Positions 27,059-36,116 of a stretch of DNA of 64,000 bases are shown here, one piece after another. The notes beneath the pieces were generated by a model that saw only the letters and a list, made by a program, of their open reading frames with translations, ran no database searches and was not told where the DNA came from. Made by a program: the position numbers and the translations under genes. Every line of letters begins with the position of its first letter. Positions within the stretch are counted from its first letter, which is position 1. Source of the DNA: an uncultured Acidobacteriota bacterium. GTDB lineage: Bacteria; Acidobacteriota; Vicinamibacteria; Vicinamibacterales; UBA2999. The stretch is from positions 203,530 through 267,529 of the forward strand of contig CAWEAM010000010.1 in NCBI GenBank assembly GCA_963807105.1, given 5' to 3'.

Positions 27059-28657
27059 ATGAGTAGAAGACGCCTGCTGTTCGTCGGCCTCGATGCCGCG
27101 GATGCCGACCTGATCGACCAGTGGTGTCGGCAAGGCGTGCTGCCGAACATCGCGCGCGTGAAGGAACGAGGCGCGTCGTTTCGCATGCGGACGACGGCCG
27201 AAATCTTTCACGTTTCGGCGTGGCCGTCGATGTTCACCGGCACGGAGCCCGATCAGCATGGCCTGTATCACGCGTACGTGACGCATCCCGGCCACCAGGG
27301 CCTGCTGCGGCCGACGCCCGATCAGAGCCCGTTTCCGTTTCTCTGGAAGCTGCTCAGCGATCGCGGCAAGCGGTCGGTGATCATGGACGCCTTCCTCACC
27401 TGCCCGATCCGCGATTTCAACGGCACGCAGATCGTCGACTGGGGCACCTGGTCCTGGTTCTGGGAGCCGACGATGATCCCGGCGTCGCTCGCGGCGGAGA
27501 TCAAGAAGAAGTTCGGGCCGTATCCGTCGGACGATCACAGCAAGGTCGGGATCACGCCAGTGACCGACATCGCCACGTTCCGCAGCCGGCTGCTCGCGGC
27601 CGTCGGCCGCAAGAAGGAAGTCGTCAAGTGGCTGATGACGCGGGAAGACTGGGATCTCTTCCTCGTGGTGTTCAGCGAGTCGCACCCTGCCGGGCACTAC
27701 TTCTGGCACTACCACGATCCGTCGTATCTGACGCATCCCCGCGACGCCGGCGCGCTCGCACACGCCTTGCGCGATGTGTACGTCGCGCTCGACGGCGCGA
27801 TCGGCGAGCTTCTCGGCATGGTTGACGGCGACACCACTGTCTGGCTCGCGTCGGGCGACGGCATCTGCGCCAACTACAGCGGCTCGCACATCCTGCCGCA
27901 AATGCTCAGGCAGATGGGCGCGCTGCACACGTCGGCGCCCGACGCTCGTAGTGGCGGGACTTCAGGGCCGCCTCCCAGGGCGCCGAAGAAAGATCTGCTC
28001 AAGGCCGTGCGCGATCTCATCCCGCAGCCGATCCGCATCGCCATCTCGCAGGCTTTCCTTTCGCGGCAGGCGCAGGAGCAGCTGGCGTTGCGCTGGAAGA
28101 CCGCGGGCATCGCGTGGCCGGCGACGCGCGTCTACGTCATCGAGAACGCCAACGAAGGCTACCTGCGCGTCAATCTGAAGGGACGCGAGCCGCAGGGCTG
28201 TGTCGAACCCGGCCAGGAATACGAAGCGCTGTGCGACGAGCTCTATCGCACGGCGAAATCGCTGGTCAATCCGCTCAACGGCAAGCCGTGCATACGCGCG
28301 GTTCTCAAGACCGACGACATCTACAGGGGCCCGTTCCGCAGCCATCTGCCCGACGTGGTGATCGCCTGGGATCCCGAGGCGAAGATCACAACTGAGCTGC
28401 TCACCGAGAAGCACGGCGTGATCCGCGTCGACGCACCGTCGTGCGGCGTGTCGCCGTTCTATACGGGCAACCATTGGCCCAACGCGTTTGCGATGGCGAT
28501 CGGGCCCGACGTGCCGCAAGGCGTCAGGCTCGAGCCGCCGAGCGTGCTCGACGTTGCGCCGACCATACTCCGTCACTTCGAGATCGACGTGCCCGGCTAC
28601 ATGAAAGGGCGAGTCCTCGACGCGCTGCGCCGCGGCGCACACGCCGGCCGCGAATGA
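27059..28657 (+). CDS. alkaline-phosphatase-superfamily protein, phosphodiesterase type (paralog 2)
   Basis: LLFVGLDAADAD, HVSAWPSMFTGTEPDQHGLY and SESHPAGHYFW. It aligns with 23996..25525 throughout. No signal peptide. Confidence 0.75.
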   Translation: MSRRRLLFVGLDAADADLIDQWCRQGVLPNIARVKERGASFRMRTTAEIFHVSAWPSMFTGTEPDQHGLYHAYVTHPGHQGLLRPTPDQSPFPFLWKLLSDRGKRSVIMDAFLTCPIRDFNGTQIVDWGTWSWFWEPTMIPASLAAEIKKKFGPYPSDDHSKVGITPVTDIATFRSRLLAAVGRKKEVVKWLMTREDWDLFLVVFSESHPAGHYFWHYHDPSYLTHPRDAGALAHALRDVYVALDGAIGELLGMVDGDTTVWLASGDGICANYSGSHILPQMLRQMGALHTSAPDARSGGTSGPPPRAPKKDLLKAVRDLIPQPIRIAISQAFLSRQAQEQLALRWKTAGIAWPATRVYVIENANEGYLRVNLKGREPQGCVEPGQEYEALCDELYRTAKSLVNPLNGKPCIRAVLKTDDIYRGPFRSHLPDVVIAWDPEAKITTELLTEKHGVIRVDAPSCGVSPFYTGNHWPNAFAMAIGPDVPQGVRLEPPSVLDVAPTILRHFEIDVPGYMKGRVLDALRRGAHAGRE

Positions 28658-28686
28658 CGCCGCGGCACGGGTGCTAGACTTCCGCC

Positions 28687-29589
28687 ATGGCTGAGAAGCG
28701 ACTCAGCTTCGCCGTCGCCATTCCGGTCAGCAACGAAGCGCAAAATATCGTCGCCCTGCTCGAGCGAGCCGCCGCAGCGCGGCCGGCGCGGATTCTGGTC
28801 GTGAGTGACGGCTCGACCGACGACACCGACGCGCTGGTCCGCGGTGTTGCCGCGCGCTCGGCAGTGCCGGTCGAACTCCTCACCTCGCCCGTGCGGCGGG
28901 GAAAAGCCGACGCCGTCAATCGCATCATCGCCGCCCTGGCCGGCATCGAGGTGATCGTGATGATCAGCGGCGACGCCATGCCCGACGAGAACTGCATCGC
29001 CCGGCTCGTGGCCGCGTTCGCTGACGAGACGGTCGGCGTCGCGGCTGGCCGCCCGGTGCCGCAAGGCCCGGCCGGCGTCCCGGCGGTGGAGGTGTCGCGC
29101 CTTCTCTGGGCGGTCCACCACCGGATCGTGCTGGCGAGCCCGAAGTCCACGGAAATCACCGCGTTTCGCAACGTCTTTCCGGGCATCGATCCCGATTCGC
29201 GGACCGATGAAGCCGCGATCGAAGCGGCGGTGACCGACCGCGGTTATCGAATCGTGTACGTCGCCGACGCGCTGATCCTGACCAACTGCCCGCTGTCGTT
29301 GCGCGAGTACGTGAAGCAGCGCACGTCGGTCACGCTTGGTCATCTGGCGCTGGCGCGTGACGGGTACAGCGTCGGCACTCTGTCATGGGGTCAACGGTTC
29401 CGGGCAGTCGGCGAGGTGTGGCGGGAAGAGGGCGTCAAGCTGACGACGCTCGTCCGCGCAGTGCTGCTCGAAGCCAGCGTTTACGGCGCCGCGTGGCTGC
29501 GGTTTCGCTTCGGGCCGCGGATTCACGGCGTATGGTCGCGCAGCGACTCCACCAAGCGATCCTTCGGGCGACAGCCACCACCGGCGTGA
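28687..29589 (+). CDS. GT2-family glycosyltransferase
   Basis: LSFAVAIPVSNEAQNIVALL, ILVVSDGSTDDT and VIVMISGDAMPDE. Confidence 0.8.
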   Translation: MAEKRLSFAVAIPVSNEAQNIVALLERAAAARPARILVVSDGSTDDTDALVRGVAARSAVPVELLTSPVRRGKADAVNRIIAALAGIEVIVMISGDAMPDENCIARLVAAFADETVGVAAGRPVPQGPAGVPAVEVSRLLWAVHHRIVLASPKSTEITAFRNVFPGIDPDSRTDEAAIEAAVTDRGYRIVYVADALILTNCPLSLREYVKQRTSVTLGHLALARDGYSVGTLSWGQRFRAVGEVWREEGVKLTTLVRAVLLEASVYGAAWLRFRFGPRIHGVWSRSDSTKRSFGRQPPPA

Positions 29590-29606
29590 GCCACGCGAAA
29601 CACAGA

Positions 29607-31565
29607 TCAACGGCAATCGATGACTTCGGTGCCTGGCGTGACTCCGATCAACCCGCGAGCGATGCGCGCGCGCGCGTCGTACTGGGGATTTGCAAGAGGC
29701 GATCGGTCACCTCGTCGAGCGGCTGACGCATGAAGAACAGCCGCCCCCAGATTTCGAGCGCCAGCATGTTGAAAAAGCCATGCACATTCGACTGCCAGCC
29801 GTCGACGATCGCGAGCAGCCCCGGCTCGTGCAACTCGAAGGTACTCGAGGCAGAATCCGCCGGTAAAGAAATCCCGGCGGGCGAGCGGCGCCAGATAATC
29901 CTTGACCGGCAGCGGGAAGCCGACCTTCTTACGGTGTACGACATCGTGCGGCACGTAGCGCGCGGCGATCTCCTTGAGCATCCATTTGTCGTGACGGCCG
30001 CGCAACCGGTACGAGAGAGGCAGGTTGACGATCGCCTGCACGAGCTGACGGTCGAGGAAAGGCGTACGGCATTCGACCGATGCCGCCATGCTCATCCGAT
30101 CCAGCCGGCGCAGGAGCGGTGTCAGAAAGTTGGTCATGTCCGCGAGCATGGCGCCCAGCACCGCGCGCTCGCCCTCATCCTGGACGAACGCGTAGGCCGC
30201 CTCGGAGCGCACGCGCAGATCCTCGCGTGCGAACTTGTCGAGGAAGTTGATGGTATGCGGAAGCAGCCCGTCGTACTCGGCAAACGTCGTCGCCGGCACG
30301 CCGTCCACCGCATAGCCGGCCATCGCCACGGCCTTCCTGATCTTTGCCGGCAGCAGCCGCAGCATCTTTTGCAGCCAGAGGAATTGACGGTACTGGCGAT
30401 AGCGATGCATGTAGCCGCCGAAGAGCTCGTCGGCGCCTTCGCCGCTGAGGAGCACGATCACCCCGTGCTGACGCGCGAACTCCGAGATCAGGAGAAACGC
30501 GACGGAGTTGGGGTGCGTGAGCGGCAGATCGCTGTGATAGATGGCGCGCGCGAGATTTGCGCGAAACGCCTCGGCGGTCAACGGATACGTCAGCAGCGCG
30601 ATGCCGAGCGCGTCGCTCACCTGCTTGGCGTAGCGATGCTCGTCCAACTCGGCGTAACCCGAAACCGATACGTGAAACGCGGTGACGTCGGGCAGGTCGC
30701 GGGCGCACAACGCCGTGATCAGGCTCGAATCGATGCCGCCACTGCACAACGTCCCGAGCGGCACGTCGCTCACCAGCCGCGCGCGGACGCTGGCCTGCAG
30801 AAGCGATTCGATTTGCCCAGTCACCGCTGCAGGCTCGGTGCGCTGAAAGCGCTGGTATGCGTCCGGGTCGATATCGCCCGACGGCGCGTAGTAGCAGCGC
30901 GGCGCGCCCGCCTTCCCCTGCGTCACCTCGAGGAAGTGGCCTGGCGGGAGCGACGACAGATTGTCGATCAGCGTGTCGGGTGAACCGAAATCGGTGTTGC
31001 GATAGAGCGACCACTCGATCAGCCGCTGGTAGTTGGGGCGGCGATCGTCGCACACTTCCAGCAGGGCCTTGACCTCCGACGCGAACACGAAGTGCCCGGC
31101 GCGGCGCGTGTAGTAGAGGGGCTTTTTGCCGAACCGATCGCGCGCCAGCGTGAGCGTGCCGCTCTGGCGATCGAAAATCGCGAGCGCGAACATGCCCACC
31201 AGGCGGTCGAAGCACGCGTGCCCCCAGTGCTGGAACGCACGCAGCACCACCTCGGTGTCGGTCTTGGAACGGAACGTGGCGCCTTCTGCCGCGAGTTCGT
31301 CGCGCAGCTGCCGGAAGTTGTAGGTCTCGCCGTTGTACGCAATCCAGTAGCGCCCGGACTCTTCGGACATCGGCATGTGCCCGGCGGGCGAGAGGTCGAT
31401 GATACTCAGGCGATTCGACCCAAGACACACGCTGCCCAGTGCGGCCACACCCTGGTCGTCGGGACCACGGTGGGCCTGCAGCTCGCACATCCTGGTTATG
31501 GTCGCGACATGGTCCTGTTCGCGGCACGCCGCCGTTCCACAGACCAGTCCCGCGATGCCACACAT
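29607..31565 (-). CDS. asparagine synthase (glutamine-hydrolysing) family amidotransferase; C-terminal about 70 codons probably out of frame
   Basis: ORF 29607..31649. The start is MCGIAGL at 31565 (N-terminal Cys nucleophile). It has ..SGGIDSS (PP-loop). After ..FFTGGFCLEY the translation turns R/A-rich, while the overlapping frame (ORF 29648..29944) reads ELHEPGLLAIVDGWQSNVHGFFNMLALEIWGRLFF. Confidence 0.85.
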   Translation of the reverse strand: MCGIAGLVCGTAACREQDHVATITRMCELQAHRGPDDQGVAALGSVCLGSNRLSIIDLSPAGHMPMSEESGRYWIAYNGETYNFRQLRDELAAEGATFRSKTDTEVVLRAFQHWGHACFDRLVGMFALAIFDRQSGTLTLARDRFGKKPLYYTRRAGHFVFASEVKALLEVCDDRRPNYQRLIEWSLYRNTDFGSPDTLIDNLSSLPPGHFLEVTQGKAGAPRCYYAPSGDIDPDAYQRFQRTEPAAVTGQIESLLQASVRARLVSDVPLGTLCSGGIDSSLITALCARDLPDVTAFHVSVSGYAELDEHRYAKQVSDALGIALLTYPLTAEAFRANLARAIYHSDLPLTHPNSVAFLLISEFARQHGVIVLLSGEGADELFGGYMHRYRQYRQFLWLQKMLRLLPAKIRKAVAMAGYAVDGVPATTFAEYDGLLPHTINFLDKFAREDLRVRSEAAYAFVQDEGERAVLGAMLADMTNFLTPLLRRLDRMSMAASVECRTPFLDRQLVQAIVNLPLSYRLRGRHDKWMLKEIAARYVPHDVVHRKKVGFPLPVKDYLAPLARRDFFTGGFCLEYLRVARAGAARDRRRLAVECAWLFQHAGARNLGAAVLHASAARRGDRSPLANPQYDARARIARGLIGVTPGTEVIDCR

Positions 31566-31668
31566 CGAGCGATCGCCTCCAGCACGTAATAGTAGCGGAC
31601 GCGGTGAACGAAGATCGAAGGCCGGGCGCTGCCGCGCGATCGGTCGCACGCCGCCGGTGCGACACGCG

Positions 31669-31986
31669 CTAGAACTGGATCAGCCGGTTGTAAATGATGC
31701 TCACAGTGCGGCCGAACGCGTAGCCGACCACGAACGCGTAGACGAACCCGATGAAACTGCCGAGAAACGTCACGCTGTAGCCCGGAAAAAACATCGAGAG
31801 CAGCCCGAGATGCGGGCCCACCACCGCGCCGCCCTTGAAGACGAGGACGTTCGTGGCGACGAAGAGCCCGACACCGAGCAGCAGGCCAAACGCGATGCCC
31901 CACCCCTGCTCGTTCATCCGGAGCAGCGTCTTGTTCACATAACGAAGCTCTTCGGGCTTGAGGCTTTCCTGCATCAATTCGCTCAT
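31669..31986 (-). CDS. small 2-TM membrane protein (paralog of the next gene)
   Basis: ATG at 31986 (MSELMQESLKPEEL..). It has FFPGYSVTFLGSFIGFVYAFVVGYAFG. The start overlaps the upstream stop (TGATG). Confidence 0.55.
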   Translation of the reverse strand: MSELMQESLKPEELRYVNKTLLRMNEQGWGIAFGLLLGVGLFVATNVLVFKGGAVVGPHLGLLSMFFPGYSVTFLGSFIGFVYAFVVGYAFGRTVSIIYNRLIQF

Positions 31987-32411
31987 CAGATGTGATCCAG
32001 GAATGGCTGGGTCAAATCGGCTTTCGTGCGGATGACGAACAACCAGAGCGCCGTGAACAGGTTCTTCAGAAACCCGAGGAACCAGCCGGCGACGAATCCT
32101 GTGACGAACGCCCAGAAGAACCCGATCGCCGCGCCGGCGAAGCTCACGGTGTAGCCGTAAAAGAAATGGCTGAGGTAGAGCATCCACATGCCGTCGACGG
32201 GGGCGGCAACGACGACGACAATCGTGGCGAGCGCGACCAGCGCGCCACTCGTGAGTCCGGTCGCGACGCCAAGCGCCGCCTTGTGCACCGGCGCAAACGC
32301 GTACCGCGCAGCCAGCGGCAGCTTCTCGTCCTGGGTGTCGCGAAGAGTCTTCACCGGCGTCCTTCCGTGAGCAGGGCCGAAACCCTTCACCGCGCTCAGC
32401 GTCCTCGCCAT
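31986..32411 (-). CDS. small membrane protein (paralog of the previous gene)
   Basis: ATG at 32411 (MARTLSAVKGF..). It has FFYGYTVSFAGAAIGFFWAFVTGFVAGWFLG, which aligns with the neighbouring gene. Confidence 0.55.
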   Translation of the reverse strand: MARTLSAVKGFGPAHGRTPVKTLRDTQDEKLPLAARYAFAPVHKAALGVATGLTSGALVALATIVVVVAAPVDGMWMLYLSHFFYGYTVSFAGAAIGFFWAFVTGFVAGWFLGFLKNLFTALWLFVIRTKADLTQPFLDHI

Positions 32412-32471
32412 ATTATGCGCCGCTCCCTTGCCGTGCAACGCCGCCCGTCACGCCGCGAACCATCTGCGCCG

Positions 32472-33959
32472 CTACACCGCCGCCTTGAGCGGCGCGGTCT
32501 CGAGTTTCTGTTCTTCGTGGTATTCGAAATCGGTGTTGACTTCCCACAGATCGTGCGCCGCGCCCTTCATGTTCCAGATCGCCATCATCGCGGTCAGCAT
32601 CGAGTGGTCCTGGTTGTTGTACTTGTGCATGCCGTTGCGGCCGACGGTGTGGAGGTTCCTGATCGGGTCGATGTAGCTCCGCACCACGTCGAGGTGACCG
32701 CGATACACCGAGTCGTAGATGGGATACGCCTTCGGCATGCGAATCACCGCACCGTCGACGACGTCGGACGCTACGGCGAGGCCGAGTTCCTCCAGCTCCT
32801 GCGCCGCCCGCGCGATGAGCGCCTTGTCGTCGCTCTCCCACAGGCCGTCGCCCTTGAAGCAGAAGTACTCCATGCCCAGAACCGTGGTGTTGGGCGTCGG
32901 CACCATCGCCGCGCTCCAGTTGTTGAAGTTCTGGATGCGCCCCACGTTGACCCCCGGCGTATGGATGTAAATCCAGTTGTCGGGAAAGAGCTTGTCGCGG
33001 TTGAGGATGAGCGCAACGACCAGGAAGTCGCGGTACTTGAGGCCTTCGGCCGCGCTCCGCACCGCCTCGGGTGGCGCCGGATCGAACGCCCGCACCAGCG
33101 ATCGCACCGGCATCGTTGAGATGAAATGGTCGCCTTCGAAGCGCCGTTCGCCGTCCGGCGTCGCCGCGCGCACGGCCTGCACGCGCCCGTTGGCGCACTC
33201 GATGGCCGTGACGCGGTGCTGCATCAGCACCTGGTTGCCGAGCTCGACGACCCGATCGCGCGCCGTTTCCCACATCTGTCCCGGTCCGAGCCGCGGATAT
33301 TGGAATTCGTTGATCAGCGTCTTGATCTTGGTGGAGCGCTTGTTGAGCGAGGTCGCGTTGAGAATCGCGCGCGCGAGCGACAGCCCCTGGATGCGCTGCG
33401 CCGCCCACTCGGCGCGGATCTCCGTGCACGGGATCCCCCAGACCTTTTCGGTGTAGGTCTTGAAAAAGATCTCGTAGAGGCGCTTGCCGAATCGATTGGT
33501 GACCCACTGCTCGAAGTTCTCTTCGACGGGGTGCGGCTTATAGTGCCACTTGACGTAGCTGGCGACGATGGCCAGCGCGGTAAACGGCCCGAGCGCCTGG
33601 AGCGCGTTCATCGCCTTGAGCGGGTAGTCGAAATACTTGCCGCGATAGTGGATGCGCGACATGCGCGGCACCGAGATGAACTCGTTGCCGAGCAGCTCGC
33701 GCCACAGCGCCTCGACCGGCGCGATCTTGGTGAAGAACCGATGGCCACCGATGTCGAAGCGGTAGCCTTTGTACATGGCCGTGCGCGAGATGCCGCCCAC
33801 CATATCGTCGCCTTCGAGGACGGTGACCTTGTAGCCCTCTTTCGAGAGCAGATAGGCGGCGGTCAGACCGGCGGGTCCGGCGCCGGTCACGACAATCCGG
33901 TTGCCCGGCTGCAAGCGATCAACAATGCGAGCACTACTCATGCGAGCCGGTGAGGTCAC
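32472..33959 (-). CDS. FAD/NAD(P)-binding oxidoreductase (amine-oxidase / protoporphyrinogen-oxidase-like fold)
   Basis: IVVTGAGPAGLTAAYLLSKEGYKVTVLEGDDMVGGISRT..GYRFDIGGHRFF. 495 aa. Confidence 0.8.
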   Translation of the reverse strand: MTSPARMSSARIVDRLQPGNRIVVTGAGPAGLTAAYLLSKEGYKVTVLEGDDMVGGISRTAMYKGYRFDIGGHRFFTKIAPVEALWRELLGNEFISVPRMSRIHYRGKYFDYPLKAMNALQALGPFTALAIVASYVKWHYKPHPVEENFEQWVTNRFGKRLYEIFFKTYTEKVWGIPCTEIRAEWAAQRIQGLSLARAILNATSLNKRSTKIKTLINEFQYPRLGPGQMWETARDRVVELGNQVLMQHRVTAIECANGRVQAVRAATPDGERRFEGDHFISTMPVRSLVRAFDPAPPEAVRSAAEGLKYRDFLVVALILNRDKLFPDNWIYIHTPGVNVGRIQNFNNWSAAMVPTPNTTVLGMEYFCFKGDGLWESDDKALIARAAQELEELGLAVASDVVDGAVIRMPKAYPIYDSVYRGHLDVVRSYIDPIRNLHTVGRNGMHKYNNQDHSMLTAMMAIWNMKGAAHDLWEVNTDFEYHEEQKLETAPLKAAV

Positions 33960-34350
33960 CGGACGAGCAGCATAGCAAACCCAACGCCACTCGTCGTCAT
34001 GGCGTGTATGCCGTGCGTGTGTGTCGTGGCGTGCAACTGGCGCTGGTTGACGCTGGCGCTGCCCGATTATCGACCGATTCGTAGACTAAAGTCGCGGGCT
34101 GGCTGGACTGCCGCGACTCTGGCGCCTGCCTGAGCCATCAAGCACAGCAAAGGGCGGGCGCCGGCGTTCGGCCCGAGGAGGCCTGTGCATCGGCGCGCGT
34201 GCTGGTCGAATTTTCTAACGAAAAATCTCGTGGTAGCCTCTTTTTCGCAGCCATTCCGCCGTCTGCCACCTCTGCAGCGCGCCACCACGCCCGCGTCCTC
34301 CGGCAGCGTCAGTGGAGCCAGACCTCTGGGCGTAGTTTTGTGGTGATACC

Positions 34351-36075
34351 GTGATCGACGTGCCGGCCGGCGAGACCAACGCGCCCGCGACTACTCAGTC
34401 GCGCAGCCATCCTGCGGTGGCCGTTCGAGCCACGCACGCGCTCCGCTCGCTGGGCGTGGCGGCGGTCTGCGTGCTCGCGCTCGCCATTGGCGGCAACGGC
34501 ATTACCGACGAAGGGCACGTCTCGCTGCACGGCGACATGCCGAGGCACCTGATGAACGGGGTGTTCTTCCTCGACCTGACGCGCGACTTCCCCTTCCGCA
34601 ATCTCGACACCTTGATCGAGTACACACGGCACTACTACGCGCGCTATCCAGCGCTGTCCCTCGGACTGCATCCACCGCTCGTCGCGCTCGCCGAAGCGCC
34701 GGCCTACGCGCTGTTCGGCGTGTCGGTCGGTGCGGCGAGAGTGGTCGTGCTGTCGTCGTACGTGCTCGCGACCGCGCTGGTCTACGTGCTCGCCCGGAAG
34801 ATGCTGACGACCTGGCCGGCTCTCTTTGCGGCGGCGCTTTTCGCGCTCAGCCCGCACATCGTGATCCTCTCGCAATCCGTGCTCTCCGAGATGCTCACGC
34901 TGGCGCTGCTGCTCGCGGCGACCTGGTTTCTCGACCGGTTCTCGGTCACCGAGCGTGGTAAGGATCTCACGGCATTCGCCGTCGCCGCTGTGCTGAGCCT
35001 GTACGCGAAGCAGGTGGCGGTCTTCGTCTTTCCGATGTTCGCGTTCATGCTGCTCCAGCGGCTCGGTTTCCGCCAGCTGTTCCGTCGCGACATCCTCGCG
35101 GCGGCGATTGGCATGATCGTAGCGGCGCTGCCGCTGGCGTTCATGACGTGGATTCTGTCGGGGATGAACGTCAGCGCCAGCATCTCCGCGCTGACCGCGC
35201 CACCCGCGACTCCGTACAGCGTTCTCCGCGAGGCGCTGCTGGAGCAGTTCGCGCTGCCGGCGATTGTGCTCAGTGCGATTGGGCTGATTCGCGCGTTCGT
35301 GATTTCGCTCCGCTCGCGTGACTGGACGCCATTCATGTGGGTGGTCGGCGCGCTCTCGGCGCTCGTGTGCATGGTCGAACTGGCGCCGTTCGAGCCGGCG
35401 CGCTACGGCATCTACGCCGTGCCGGCACTCTGCGTGCTTGCCGGCCTCGCGCTCGCCGGCCTGCATGGTCGCCTGTTGATGCCCGTCGGTGTGGTGGTGG
35501 CGGTCGTGGTGCTTGCCGCGCAGGGCATGCAGGCGTTCTCGCGGCCGGCGGTACGCGGCGCTCGCGGCTACGAGGCGGCGGCGCAATTCGTCATCGATTC
35601 GAATCCGGGACCGACGGTCCTCTTCAGCGGCGACATCGACACCGGGTTTTTCACGTTCTTCATCCGCAAGCACGATGCGCAACGCCGATTGGTGGTGTTG
35701 CGATCAGACAAAGTGCTGACCACGTCGTTCATGGGCATGCCGGCTATCCAGGACCGCATCGCCCGGCCGGAAGAGATCTACGCGGTCCTGCATCGATTCG
35801 GCACGCGCTACGTCGTCATCGAAGACCGGCCGAGCGTGTCGCGCGTGCTCGAATGGCTGCGCGCCGAGCTGCGATCGCCGCATTTTGCCGAACGGCGGCG
35901 AATTCCGATCGTCACGTCGGACGTCAGGCTCGCCGGCACCGATCTCGTGGTGTACGAATTCCTCGACGCGACGCCGCCGGATCCGCGTGCCGTGCTGTCG
36001 CTCAGCATCCCGGTCATCGGCCGATCGGTCGACGTGAGTCTGTCCGATTTGATCAACCGCCGCAATCTCCGCTGA
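34351..36075 (+). CDS. GT-C fold glycosyltransferase, GT39/ArnT-like
   Basis: 574 aa, polytopic. GNGITDEGHVSLHGD lies after TM1, followed by HYYARYPALSLGLHPPL, and there is a soluble C-terminal domain. Confidence 0.75.
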   Translation: MIDVPAGETNAPATTQSRSHPAVAVRATHALRSLGVAAVCVLALAIGGNGITDEGHVSLHGDMPRHLMNGVFFLDLTRDFPFRNLDTLIEYTRHYYARYPALSLGLHPPLVALAEAPAYALFGVSVGAARVVVLSSYVLATALVYVLARKMLTTWPALFAAALFALSPHIVILSQSVLSEMLTLALLLAATWFLDRFSVTERGKDLTAFAVAAVLSLYAKQVAVFVFPMFAFMLLQRLGFRQLFRRDILAAAIGMIVAALPLAFMTWILSGMNVSASISALTAPPATPYSVLREALLEQFALPAIVLSAIGLIRAFVISLRSRDWTPFMWVVGALSALVCMVELAPFEPARYGIYAVPALCVLAGLALAGLHGRLLMPVGVVVAVVVLAAQGMQAFSRPAVRGARGYEAAAQFVIDSNPGPTVLFSGDIDTGFFTFFIRKHDAQRRLVVLRSDKVLTTSFMGMPAIQDRIARPEEIYAVLHRFGTRYVVIEDRPSVSRVLEWLRAELRSPHFAERRRIPIVTSDVRLAGTDLVVYEFLDATPPDPRAVLSLSIPVIGRSVDVSLSDLINRRNLR

Positions 36076-36116
36076 GTTCGCTGTATCCTGAACCCGCCAC
36101 CCCGGCTGGAGACAAG

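Noticed and set aside
34309-35682. Long antisense ORFs in the track: 34309..35682(-), 26417..27928(-), 14839..16161(-), 52853..54973(+), 55149..56399(+), 61970..63256(+), 41741..42871(-), 30175..31665(-) and many shorter ones.
   Set aside because: Their translations are R/A/G/P-rich and low in complexity, with no recognisable motifs. Each lies opposite or out of frame to a gene with clear family signatures. This is the usual open-frame artefact of high-GC DNA.
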